Shown here: positions 12,740 through 23,150 of the stretch, in pieces
Position numbering within the stretch: the stretch's first letter is position 1
How the letters are laid out: every line of letters begins with the position of its first letter
Origin: Podarcis filfolensis
Taxonomy: Eukaryota
Reading direction: 5' to 3' (one strand)
DNA: 64,000 nt
Assembly: GCA_964270895.1 (NCBI GenBank)
Contig: OZ185437.1
Notes under the pieces: model-generated
What the model saw: only the letters and a program-made list of their open reading frames with translations
Told to the model about the DNA's origin: nothing
Databases searched by the model: none
Position numbers and translations under genes: made by a program

Positions 12740-13918
12740 CTGCAGCAGGGAAGGAGACGCGAGGAGAGGCTCGGTAAGAGGCGGGCGCGCCCTCCGGCTA
12801 GGCCTCGGGGCCCCGAGAGAGAGCGAGGAGCGGGGAAAGCCCGAGCCAAGGGAGCGCCCGGCTTCGCGGAGAGCAAGGCCTCCCTCGGGCTTCCTTTCAC
12901 ACAGGTTCTTCAGGCCTCAATCCTCGCTCAAGCCAAATCGGTCCGATTTCACCCCAACAGAACTAGGCTGTTGGGCTGTTGTTCCCACGCACGGCTGGAA
13001 AGAATCCCCATTGGGGTTTACTTCCAAGTAAACGTGCATGGGTTGAGGCTGGTCGACTTCCACTGGCTTCCACTAAAACTTAGTGAAATCCACGGGACGG
13101 GATTTGCCATACAGGCTCGCCGTCCATTAGGGACCCCAACCCGCCTTATTTTGAAAGGAAGCGCCGGCATCCGTCCGATTCCTGGCGAATGAACAGTTTT
13201 AGGGACGAGGTGCAAATGTCTTTAGGAAATTACCACGGAGGTGTAAGCAGCCCATTGCCCTCAAACTATATGGAAGCCAATTCCATTGAAACGACTTGCG
13301 AATTGCATTTTGTTCTTCATTGCCTAGGTCCTTTGATTTCACTGAAATTCAATTGCGAGTAATGTGCACGCTTGTAAACAAGAAACGGGAGAAGTTTTTG
13401 TTTATGTTATTTCTCCGATTTGGTTTTTAACGGGCTTACGGTGACATATAATGCTAGTCTTTAGGGTGCCGCAAGACCCTTTGTTGCTGTTGCTGCAAAG
13501 GACTAACAAAGGCTACGCCTCTGGAAATGACTGCAAAGCGTTGGATCCAGACCTTAGTTCCCTGCTTCACATAATCATGACTAACTTTTCACAGTGGTTT
13601 CAGTGGGACCTAGTTCAGGTAGCTTAGTTAGAATCCAACCAAATACTAAACAATAGCTGTTTGTAGGTTGATGGGAAATTCGCAGAATCAATAAACTGGA
13701 GGAGACAACATCACAGAGCAAATAGGCGGGGGTGGAAGGCAGTAGTTTTTAAAGACTGTCATAAAGCACTAGGGCCCAAGTTCTGAAATCAGTATAACAT
13801 CTTACAGACAATAAGATGTAATGTAGTGTTGCTTTTATGTCAAAATGTTTGGAGCAAGAGTATTGAAGACTCTTTTTAAAAGATTGTCTGGAACCAGTTG
13901 CTTAGGGTGGTATTTAAC

Positions 13919-14009
13919 TAGGCTTTGCTCAGGGTAGACCCACTGAAATTAATAGACATAATTGAGACATGTTCATTAATTTCAGTGAGTCTACGCAGAA
14001 TAAAACTTA
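13919..14009. mobile_element. Second copy of the hairpin MITE, in TBXT intron 1
   Basis: Shares gtagacccactgaaattaat ... cattaatttcagtgagtctac...aaaacttag with the intron-5 copy. Confidence 0.75.
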
Positions 14010-14740
14010 GCCGAAAACCATCCTTAGTTTTGCCTAGAATTCTCTGCGGGTTGAGTAAGTTTCCATTCCAAACTTACCATGCAAAACCTCCTGGTTTTGC
14101 ACCTGAGTTGTGGGGACCCTTTTCTGCCTTGCAGCAAATGCTCTGATGCAAATGGACGGAAGTTTGGCTCATCGCAAGGTGTATTTTGCAAAACGAGAGA
14201 GACGGCCGCCCAAAAGTGCGTGCAAAATTCACCTTGAAAGCGCGCCACTGCAATGATAAGTACCTACACCTAAGGAGGCTTTCCAAGAGCAGCCGCTACC
14301 TTAGAAACGAAGCTGAGCTGTCTAGGGCAAGTAATTGAAGAGTGAGGTGAATGAGAACCAAAGGCCCTGTCTGAAAAGCTCACCAGAACGGATTGCAAAC
14401 TGAATTTGTATAGATCAACGGAGTAGTAGCGAGAAGGAACTATTAACGAAGCTTTAGAGGACACGGGAAAGGGCGATGGGAAAGGGAGAGGACATGTAGC
14501 AGAAGGGGAGGTGGCCAAGAGGAAGAGAAAGGCAGCCAGCAATGAGGTGTGCCCCACGGAAAACAACAACAGAAGGACACCGAGACGCGACAGGCATGTC
14601 CTCCATCCGTGATCTGAGCTACAGGAGGATTGGGAATAAATGCTATGAGTTTTTGCTCCTGTGGGGCAAGTCACTGGAAGCAGGGGGTGGATCTTGTCCC
14701 CCTGAGACGGTCCACCTCCACCTGCCTGCCTTTCTCCTAC

Positions 14741-14946
14741 CTTCCGTTCTTGGTGACGATCATCTCGTTGGTGAGCTCCTTGAAGCGCAGCCACAGCTCG
14801 CTCTCCTCCAGGGTGACGCGCAGCTCCCTCTCGGTGGGGTCGCCCTTCTCGCTGCCCGCCTGCAGCTCATTCTCCACGGCGCTTAGCAGGTGATCCACCC
14901 GGTACTGCAGGCTCTTGCCGGAGCTGTCCGTGCTGGGAGAGGTCAT
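14741..14946 (-). CDS. TBXT: Brachyury (T-box transcription factor T) coding exon 1
   Basis: 206 nt. Encodes [69 protein letters not shown], the Brachyury N-terminus with the HLLSAVE motif. ATG context is GGAAGGATG; donor AG|gtagga at 14740. Confidence 0.98.
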
Positions 14947-15720
14947 CCTTCCTTCCCGCCCTGCCCGAGAGCCTCCTTACTGAGCTAGCTCCTCCAGGGT
15001 ATCGGGATCCCACGCTCTCCACCTTGGAGAACCTGTCCAGGGTGACCCCGCTCCAAGTTGCAAATGGGGAGGGGAGTATAGACGAAGTTGCAGGGGGAGG
15101 AGGGATCCGCAGGTTGGGTGCGGAGGGGTTAATTCCACTTGACCTCTGACAGGCGCTCCTCGAAACTGCTCAAGCGGGGAGCAATTACGTGGCCCCCTAT
15201 AAGTAGCTTCCTGGTGACATCACAATGCCGACAGGGGGCTCACCTGATTGGAGGACAGTCTCTTTGATGTGTCCGGCCCGCCCACCTGATTGGCTCCCTG
15301 CGGTCATATCAGAACGCTGCCCGCGCGGGGGGAAGCCTGTGATGTTAATTGCAGCCAGTGGGATTAAACGCGGTATTTTATGTAAATTTGCCCCCAAATG
15401 TTTGCACCTCTATCAAAGCCGCCGGTGACTGGGGATGCTGCAGCCCCAGAGGAAATGGGCCATGTCAGCAAGAGCGCCATAACCGGGGAGCAGCATCCCC
15501 TTGGCCCGGCTTGGCAGCACCACCCACCCATCGGCAGATGCGCCGGGACCCTCCAGCAAAGAACAAGACGGCTTGGGGTCGAATAGTTGCGGCCAGACGT
15601 TGCCCCCACATTCAGACTTCCGTGCTTTCAGAACCCTTTTCAAACTCTCATCCCCAGTGGCTCGGTGTTAAAACCACATTTCTACGCATATCAATACGAT
15701 TCGATTCAAAGAGCAAGTAA
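14947..15720 (-). promoter_or_regulatory. TBXT 5' UTR and proximal promoter
   Basis: CpG-rich. TATA-like tataag at 15198-15203; two copies of CACCTGATTGG (15241-15251, 15283-15293); TCF/LEF sites CTTTGAT 15262-15268, ATCAAAG 15412-15418 and TTCAAAG 15705-15711; GC box ggcccgccc at ~15275; GGATTA at 15361-15366. The transcription start cannot be placed exactly. Confidence 0.75.
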
Positions 15721-16111
15721 ATGGAGCAGGGCGGCGGTGGAAATAACAAATGCCGTCCTCTATGGTCGGCAGAGTTTTCCTATTTCCATGACAATCCTAT
15801 GCATGTTCACTCGAAATATGTGCCATTGTTTCTAACGGAGCTCACTCTGAGATATATGACAAGCAACCTTAGCTAGTCTACAGCTCAGGCCTTTCCTCAT
15901 TAGTAGTAGATGGGTGTTCTTCTGCCTCTTTTTGGAAAACTGAAGCCACCCTCAGTCAGCGACCTGCCTCACAGGTTTTGCTCTTGGGTTTCCTTTCCTC
16001 GTTGTATATAGGACTACGAAGAGGATTGGGCTGGAAGTTGAACGTGTTTGCTGCCACTATCTCTTAGGCGTAGCATGACTGGCTGGGGTGGGCATTGGTT
16101 CCAGTCTGCTG

Positions 16112-16113
<2 letters not shown>

Positions 16114-16140
<27 letters not shown>
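16114..16140. repeat. (GT)13 microsatellite
   Basis: Read directly from the sequence. Confidence 0.95.
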
Positions 16141-16142
<2 letters not shown>

Positions 16143-16175
16143 GTAGATGCTCAGAAGGGCGGTATGCCTGACGTG

Positions 16176-16484
16176 CATAGGAGTCAACTTCTAGGAGCCG
16201 AGGTCCCTATGCCCCATGAGCGTAGCCAAGGGGGCGGGGGCAGCTGCCCCCCTAAATCAAGTAAATCAATAAAAAGCTGCTGCCCCCCTAACATGAAGTC
16301 TGCCCCACTTAATATAAATCCTGGCTACGCCCATGCTTCGGAGTTGGGGGGGCCAAAATTGAGCCCCCTCCCCAGTTGGTGGGGATTGCAATTCAAATAG
16401 TTTGTGTGCGGCCGCATCTTGTGATTGATTTTATTTGGGAGGGGCTTACCTGCCCCCCATATCTGAATCAAGTTGGCACCCCTG
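16176..16484. mobile_element. hAT-like MITE containing a second nested MITE (16215-16335)
   Basis: Outer imperfect TIRs CATAGGAGTCAACT / AGTTGGCACCCCTG with a degenerate 8-bp TSD (ctgacgtg / ctgccatg). Inner TIRs CATGAGCGTAGCCA / TGGCTACGCCCATG. An uninterrupted relative of the outer element is at 20522-20697. Confidence 0.65.
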
Positions 16485-16788
16485 CTGCCATGTAAACTCA
16501 AGGAAGGGAAGAAGTGGACAATTTCCCACCCTTTCCTACCAATGAAAGGTCGAATTATATGTTCTATTTTAACTCAGAAACAAAGTATCTGCGGCTAATT
16601 ATGGTGACTTCCGCGGGCGATGGTTCTTTGAAAGCTCAGACACCGCTGGAGAGAAGAGAGACAGGGACCTGGCCGTATCCTCAAATTAATGGTGGTAAAA
16701 CGCAGGAGGTGGGACTGGGTCTGCTGCATCCCCGGGGGCAGAATTGTGCCTTGGGACTAACACTGGAGTAAACAGGCCTGGCTGCAAC

Positions 16789-16790
<2 letters not shown>

Positions 16791-16842
<52 letters not shown>
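16791..16842. repeat. (GA)26 microsatellite
   Basis: Read directly from the sequence. Confidence 0.95.
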
Positions 16843-16845
<3 letters not shown>

Positions 16846-16920
16846 TGAATTTTATGTTGTGAACCGCCTGAAATTTACGGATGAAAGGCGGTATACAAAT
16901 TTAATTAATGTTAAGATGAA

Positions 16921-17130
16921 AGGGCCGGCGTGGCGTCGTGGTTAGAATGTCGCATTGGGACCTGGGAGACCGGGGTTCGAGTCCCCTCCATGTCATGATG
17001 CTCCCTGGGTGATATTGGGCCAGTCACTGCCTCTCAGCACAACCTACCCCACAGGGTTGTTGTGGGGATTAAAGGATTCATTGAGCAGGAGCAGCACCAG
17101 GTACAGCCCCTTGGAGGAAAATATGAATTA
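16921..17130 (+). mobile_element. tRNA-derived CORE-SINE-like element
   Basis: A-box tggcgtcgtgg, B-box ggttcgagtccc, and core ttgggccagtcac...cacagggttgttgtg. Reverse copies at ~21415-21630 and ~46705-46935; an older MIR-like copy at ~36610-36760. Confidence 0.75.
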
Positions 17131-17626
17131 ACTCCCCCCCCCACTACGCCTGCGCCTGAGGAAGTGCCATAGAAAGATGTGGCCCCCAGCGCAGCGCTTT
17201 GGCGGAGCAGGACTCCCTACTTTAGGTCGGTGCGCGGCTCCCGTTTTGCGAGAGGCTCCTTGTTTTCCATGAGGCTCCCCGACCCATTTCCTGCCCATTG
17301 TGCCCTCCCGCCCCCGCCCCACCTTCCCCGCAGAGATTCCCACAGCAGAGCCATAAAACGTCTCCCTTCCTGGGAAGCCCCGATCGCCAAGGAGCCGTCG
17401 TGGGACTCGCCCGCGCCGCAGTTCCCCTTTGTGCGCGCAGACGGCGGAAAAAAACCCCGACGGCAAAGGCAGCAAGAGCCCGTCGGAAAGGGGCCGTCTT
17501 GGTCGGAAGACGCAGCACATAACGGCGCGGGGTTCCTTTTAGGCAGGCTGGACAGCAGATCGCAACTCTGCCAGGGGCAGCGCCACCGCATTTCTTAGAC
17601 ATCACCGTCCATCATTCACCGGTTAT

Positions 17627-17687
17627 TCTAATGCAATCTACATATGCCCAAAGCTTCAAGCTTTGGGCATATGTAGATTGCATTAGA
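17627..17687. repeat. Perfect 61-bp palindrome (30+1+30)
   Basis: tctaatgcaatctacatatgcccaaagctt-c-aagctttgggcatatgtagattgcattaga. Confidence 0.97.
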
Positions 17688-18835
17688 TGATCGGTGTTCG
17701 CGTTACCCCAGGAACGCTCCTGGTCCTGAGCAGATAGGCAGGCAGATCCCTGCCTTGCCCCGAAGAGCTTCCAATTTTCCCATTAAGTATATACCGAGTC
17801 AAGCTTAGAAGTTTCTGGCCCCTCCATTCAGTTTAACTCATTTGGGCGAAGGAAGAAAAGAATACTATCCAACAGGGTGGGAGAGGTATTTTCCAATAAT
17901 AATAATAATAGTAATAGCCATATGGAGCAGGGGGATTGGATCGCATATGGAAATATGATAAGATAAACCAATTATCCGTGGGCAGATTTTCCCTGTCTAG
18001 CCTTTTCCCCGATGTGGTGGTGAGAGCGCCGGCTAGGAGACAGAGGTTCAAATCCCTATTTGGCAATATATTGCTGCATTGCAGGGGGTTAGACTAGATG
18101 ATCCTCAGGATCCCTTCCAACTCTGGCGTTGTATGATTCTGCGACTCTATCTCCCCTCGAAACCAAGAGCCGCGCAAAGAGCGTTCAGTTCGGCTGAGTC
18201 TCGCAGGTGGCTCAGCCTTCCGAGCGGGCTCCCGCCGTGTTCCGGGTGGACCAGCAGCCGCAGCCCCTTCGGCTTCTGCTGCTCCTGCGGGCAGAGGAGG
18301 GACGAGAGTCCTGGCGGAGAGGCGAGAGGACCGGCTTGTGGCGCGCCAGCTCCCATAAAGCCCCTTTGTCCTTTTCTCCTCGAAAAACTCAGGGGGAAAG
18401 TCACGCAACTTCTAGGAACGTGGAGATCCTGAAACAACTCAGGTGAATCAATCCCATTCCGGCCATTTTCTCAGGTTCAGTAAAGCAATTTCAGTGGAAG
18501 CGGAGCTGCATAGTCCAGCTTAGTTAGCCAAACGATCTACAGAGCAGTTTAGGCTCGGTCCTTGCCGTTAAGACCGTGATTCGATGGATGCTTAATTCTC
18601 AGTACATCGGATTTGGATCACAAGCGCAACCCCAGGCGCTCCTGACACCATTACTTGGACTAGAGAGCCCCACTTGATGTCGGTGGAAAGCACAGGCTCA
18701 TCGTGCCCAGGCTTACTGGGAAACAGTCCGAACTCAGTGGGACTCATAGTTCTGCGGAGACAGGCGGAGGGTTGCTGGTTCTAGGGGCTGAAGGAAATCC
18801 TTCTTTTTAAAAAACTCATTCCTTGAGTAGGATAG

Positions 18836-18838
<3 letters not shown>

Positions 18839-18876
<38 letters not shown>
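18839..18876. repeat. (GT)19 microsatellite
   Basis: Read directly from the sequence. Confidence 0.95.
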
Positions 18877-18878
<2 letters not shown>

Positions 18879-19828
18879 TATATTAGTATAATAAATTAAT
18901 ACACTCACATTATAGGGAGGAGGGGGAGGCATTAATCTGTATATATAGGTATATTAAAATTATCATTATCATCATCATCATCCCACCTTTTTTCCAGACA
19001 GGAACTCAAAGTGGCTTAAAGATAAAATAGAATAATATAAGAAATAAACATTTCACGTATACATATATAGATGTACACACATACTATACACTCAGAGAGA
19101 GCGCGCATTAACAGGCTATTGCTTATTGAGGTTTATTCAAAATACAGGTTAACTCAGAATTAAGTCCCACTGAGCTGAGTAGGATTTACTCGCTTGCAAG
19201 TGGGCTAAGGGCTGTCTTATGCTTTTTCAAATGGTTGCCTCTTCCTACAAACACGCGTCCATCTTGACCCAATACGCAACAGCATACAGTAAACGTCCAC
19301 TTACTGCAATTACGTTTGTTTCCAAACAAGTTTGCTTAGCATCTCAACCTAGCGACGAGAAAACGGACTGGCCGGTAAGCACGTGTAAATGCTATCCTCT
19401 TGCTGGAAAAAAAAATCAATTTGGGGACACTGAGCTGAATTTATTCACAATTTATATAAAAATGTGGTATTAATAACTCTTAACCTATGAGAGATATTTG
19501 TATCGAACCAGCAATACCGATGAAAAAGAAGGAAGGAAAAAACAACCAAGTCGCTTATAACACACACGCATCCCATACATAACTGTGATACGGAACACAC
19601 AAGCACACTTCTAGACACGGGATGTAGTTCCACAAGTTACAGCAAAATAAGTGAGAAAGAAATACAGTACGCTGAGAAAGTTATTAACTTGAATACAACG
19701 TCATTTCGAACTTCTAGACTTTCTGATGAGGAAGGCGCAAGTCAAGCATTCAGTCTAACGTGTGAGCAATCTAATTTGTATTGAGTTTATGCTGTAAACC
19801 GCACTTAGGTCTAGGGCGGTATACTAAT

Positions 19829-19859
<31 letters not shown>

Positions 19860-20734
19860 GCTTTGAAATGTTAAAAAATATATTGCATGGCTTGTTCAAA
19901 GTGGAGATCTGTTTGGGCACGATCCGGACAACACTACTCATTTGTAAATCTGTTGGCGTTCAGAGGGAAATGCTTAAACACCGGTTCAGTTTTCTTCCGT
20001 GGAGCAGCTTGCGTCGCACTTTTTGAGCAGAGAGAGATGCGCTCCGGGGCTTTTGAATTCTGAAGGATGGCGTGGCGGTGGCCGGACTCAGACCTCATTG
20101 GGCTTTCAAATCCCCCTCCATCTTCTCCCCTCCCCCGCCCTCCCCGCTTCTGTTTAATGCCCATCGCAAAGCGAGGCGGTGACGTTTTACTTTGCCACTA
20201 GTAAAGATCCCTTGCGGAATATTTGTTTTGTTAAGCGGAGCCGTCAATAGCTTTTCCCCAAAGAGCCCTTAGCCCCGTTCTGTAGACGGCGTGCACGGTG
20301 TTTGCGCGCGAGCGAATCTTGTTGAGGTTCAGCTGCTACTGCGCAATCCTGCGCCTGCCTATACTATACAGGAGGAAGCCCGTTGGGTTCAATGGAGCCT
20401 ACTTCTAGGACGCGGGCTCCCACACGTCTACTCAGGAGGAAGCCCCGCTAAGTTCAAGGGGGCTTCCTCCTCTCAGGCCAGTGACATATAGGATTGCCAC
20501 GTTCGTGGCTTTACGTGGGGCCATAGGAGCCAACTCTTAGGGGCCGAGGTCACTTCGCACCCCCTAAAATATTTGAGAGGTCTAGGCCCCCCAAAGTTGA
20601 TGGGCATTGCCAAAGGGTGTGCGTGCACCGTGTCCTGTGGTCGATTAAGGGGAGCTTACCTGCTCGCCCCCATATTTTATTCTAGTTGGCACCCCTGCTG
20701 CACCTTTGCAGCTACTTGGTCACAGGAGAGAGAC

Positions 20735-20884
20735 ATTAAAGAATGACAGAATCAGAGCAGGGATCCGAGGGTCATCTAGTCTAACCCCCTGCGATGCAGG
20801 AATATTCAGCTGTCTCGGACGGGGATCGAACCCGCGACCTTGGCATTGTCAGCAGCGCGCTCTGATCAGCTTAGCTGACCAGCC
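20735..20884 (-). mobile_element. tRNA-Ile(AAT)-derived SINE with CR1-like tail
   Basis: Minus strand GGCTGGTCAGCTAAGCTGATCAGAGCGCGCTGCTGACAATGCCAAGGTCGCGGGTTCGATCCCCG resembles tRNA-Ile and is followed by cagggggttagactagatgacc. Other copies at ~18030-18140(+) and ~10085-10215(-). Not a functional tRNA. Confidence 0.75.
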
Positions 20885-21667
20885 TGTTCCTGAAGAAGCC
20901 CTCGCCTCTCAGCCCCGCCCCGGCCTTTGTGATGAGGCGCCCCTGGCCCTTCTCCTCCCCATCTTTTCCCCTGAGTGATCTTAATGGCACTTTGGTTCTC
21001 AGGGAAGAAAGGCAGCTCCCCACCTTCGCAGCCTTTTCAGCAGGAGCTGCCGTGCATGACCGTTTATAGCCAAAAACTTCCTCCAGCCGCACGGCTGTAA
21101 AGTCTCCCGATTTAGATCGCGGCTCTCCTTTCGTTACGCTAGCGAGGGACGCGGTCTGCTCTCTCTCGCTCTTCAGCCCGGCTTGGTGCCGCGCTTCCTC
21201 CGGTACCTCCTTCTTCCCCGCTGACCAGGCTCTTTCGCTCCGAAGAATCAGATGCAGCCAGTCTGAAAGGTGCTTGGCGAGGGTGTCGGCTCTTTAGGAT
21301 GCGCAAAAACCCTTGACCATCCCCTGTCAGGTGAAAGCAAGTCCTCCCTGATGTCAACAGGTGTTTGTCCAGTGCAAGGATTTACAGTACCTGACTTGTC
21401 TGTATGCCTGGGAATTTAATTAAATTTATTCTATCACATTTCTACGCCAACTTTCCTTCTAAAGGAGCCTAAGGTGCGATGTACAGGGTTCGCTTCCTCC
21501 CCATTTCATCCCCACAACAACCCTGTGAGGTAGGTCAGGCTGTGAAATCGTGACTGGCCCAAGGGAACCCATTCTGCTTTGTCTGCCAAGTGGTCCCAAC
21601 ACTCTAACCATTACATTGCACTGGCTTTCATGGAAAGAGAGGGGCGTTTACTGCTCCATTCTGGTTA

Positions 21668-21908
21668 CAGTGGTACCTCAGGTTAAGTACTTAATTCGTT
21701 CCGGAGGTCCGTTCTTAACCTGAAACTATTCTTAACCTGAAACACCACTTTAGATAATGGGGCCTCCTGCTGCCCCGCACCACCAGAGCACGATTTCTGT
21801 TCTCATCCTGAAGCAAAGTTCTTAACCCAAGGTACTATTTCTGGCTTAGTGGAGTCTGTAACCTGAAGTGTATGTAACCTGAAGCATATGTAACCCGAGG
21901 TACAACTG
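21668..21908. mobile_element. Tc1/mariner (Tigger-like) MITE
   Basis: TIRs CAGTGGTACCTC / GAGGTACAACTG, flanked by a TA duplication. Confidence 0.85.
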
Positions 21909-22559
21909 TATAGGCAAAAAGTGTCTGTTGTCTTTTCAAAGTCATGCTGAAACCAGTGGGACTTCTGAAATTAGCTATATAATTATCATTTTCAAATAAA
22001 TAAATCTCATTTTTCATGAAGGAGTTTAGTGCAGGGTTGAGCAGACTTCATGGGTGGCCACAGAGGTGTGTGCATGTAAGGCCGGGCACTTGCCCCCTTC
22101 AGAATCCTAACTATATTTATTTATTTTAATGTGCACGCATGCACGCGTGCACGCACACACACACCCAGCTAGTCAGCAAGAGATTTAGAGTGAGACCTGA
22201 GTGGCTGCCAAATTCAAACACTCTGCACTTTTTTTGGCAGAGAGCCTTCCTGGGCCAATAAGCAGTTTGGGTGAATGCTGCTTGTTCCAATCTAATGATG
22301 CTTCTGCAAATCTTACAAGCTTTGGGAATCCTAAAAATGCCATGATAATATCAGCAAAGGCATTGTGGTGCCTTTTTGTGATCAGGTGAGCTTAGGGGTG
22401 CTGCTGGACCCAGCTCTGCTTTCTGAGGGACAGGTAGCAGGGATGTGGCCCAGAATAGAAGCCAAGAGTAACCCAGCAGAAGAGAAACCAAGAGTGCTGA
22501 CAAGGTATGTTGGAAATGGGAGACAGAAACTTAAAGCTACTGCTTTGATGGGTTGAAGG

Positions 22560-23050
22560 TTAAAAGAAAGGCACAAGGATTTTCTATATAAGGTTGCTAG
22601 AGAAAGCAGAGAAGCGGAGCTGCTTGTATTTGTATAGCTGAGGGTATCTGCAACTATTTCAAAAAGCAGAAGGCTGCTAGGGAGCCCCAGACACATACTG
22701 AAGATGCATTTGTGAAAGCTAACGCTTCCATGAGATTCTCAGTTTTAGCAGATGAAACAGCAGCTATTTCTGGCCTAGAACAGCTGTCTCCAGGTGTAAG
22801 ATTTGTGGAAGAAATTGAAAGGAATGCACCTGTACATGCGGAATTCCTTGCGTTGGGAACAGCCAATGCAATCTTATCTGCTTGTTCCAATTTTGGACTA
22901 AAGGTCAATAAGCTAGTTGAACAAGGATATGATGATTGTACAGCCATGGCAGCAAAAATGATGAGGTTCAAGCATACATCAGGGCAATATATCCTCAGGC
23001 ATCCTTTGTCCTCTGCCTATTCCCTGGGACTGTAAATGATCTAAACAGTG
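22560..23050 (+). mobile_element. Fossil hAT transposase fragment (DUF4371/Tip100-like)
   Basis: ORF text FSVLADET..SGLEQLS.GVRFV...EFL...ANAILSAC..FGL.VNKLV.QGYD, and after a frameshift VQAYIRAIYPQASFV.C. These are the hAT catalytic-core motifs (DET, GYD, HC region). Confidence 0.75.
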
Positions 23051-23109
23051 AAAGTAATGTCGTGAACTGCTCTGGGAACTATTAGTATAGGGCAATATAC
23101 AAATTTAAT

Positions 23110-23110
23110 A

Positions 23111-23150
<40 letters not shown>
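23110..23150. repeat. (TAA)n microsatellite (LINE tail)
   Basis: Read directly from the sequence. Confidence 0.9.

Larger units (their letters stand above)
12200..21400. promoter_or_regulatory. Extended CpG-island cluster (exon 2, promoter and upstream islands)
   Basis: Visibly dense CG/GC at ~12.2-13.2 kb, 14.7-15.7 kb, 17.1-17.6 kb, 18.1-18.4 kb and 20.0-21.3 kb, against CpG-depleted flanks. Confidence 0.8.

Noticed and set aside
12291-13192. Long plus-strand ORFs (195 aa and others) overlapping exon 2
   Set aside because: Antisense shadows of a GC-rich coding exon and CpG island; no recognisable domain.
17128-17605. Cluster of 120-140 aa ORFs
   Set aside because: Stop-poor GC-rich island; low-complexity translations.
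20815-20884. Apparent tRNA-Ile gene
   Set aside because: D-arm, anticodon and acceptor stem are mutated and it runs into a CR1-like tail, so it is a SINE head.
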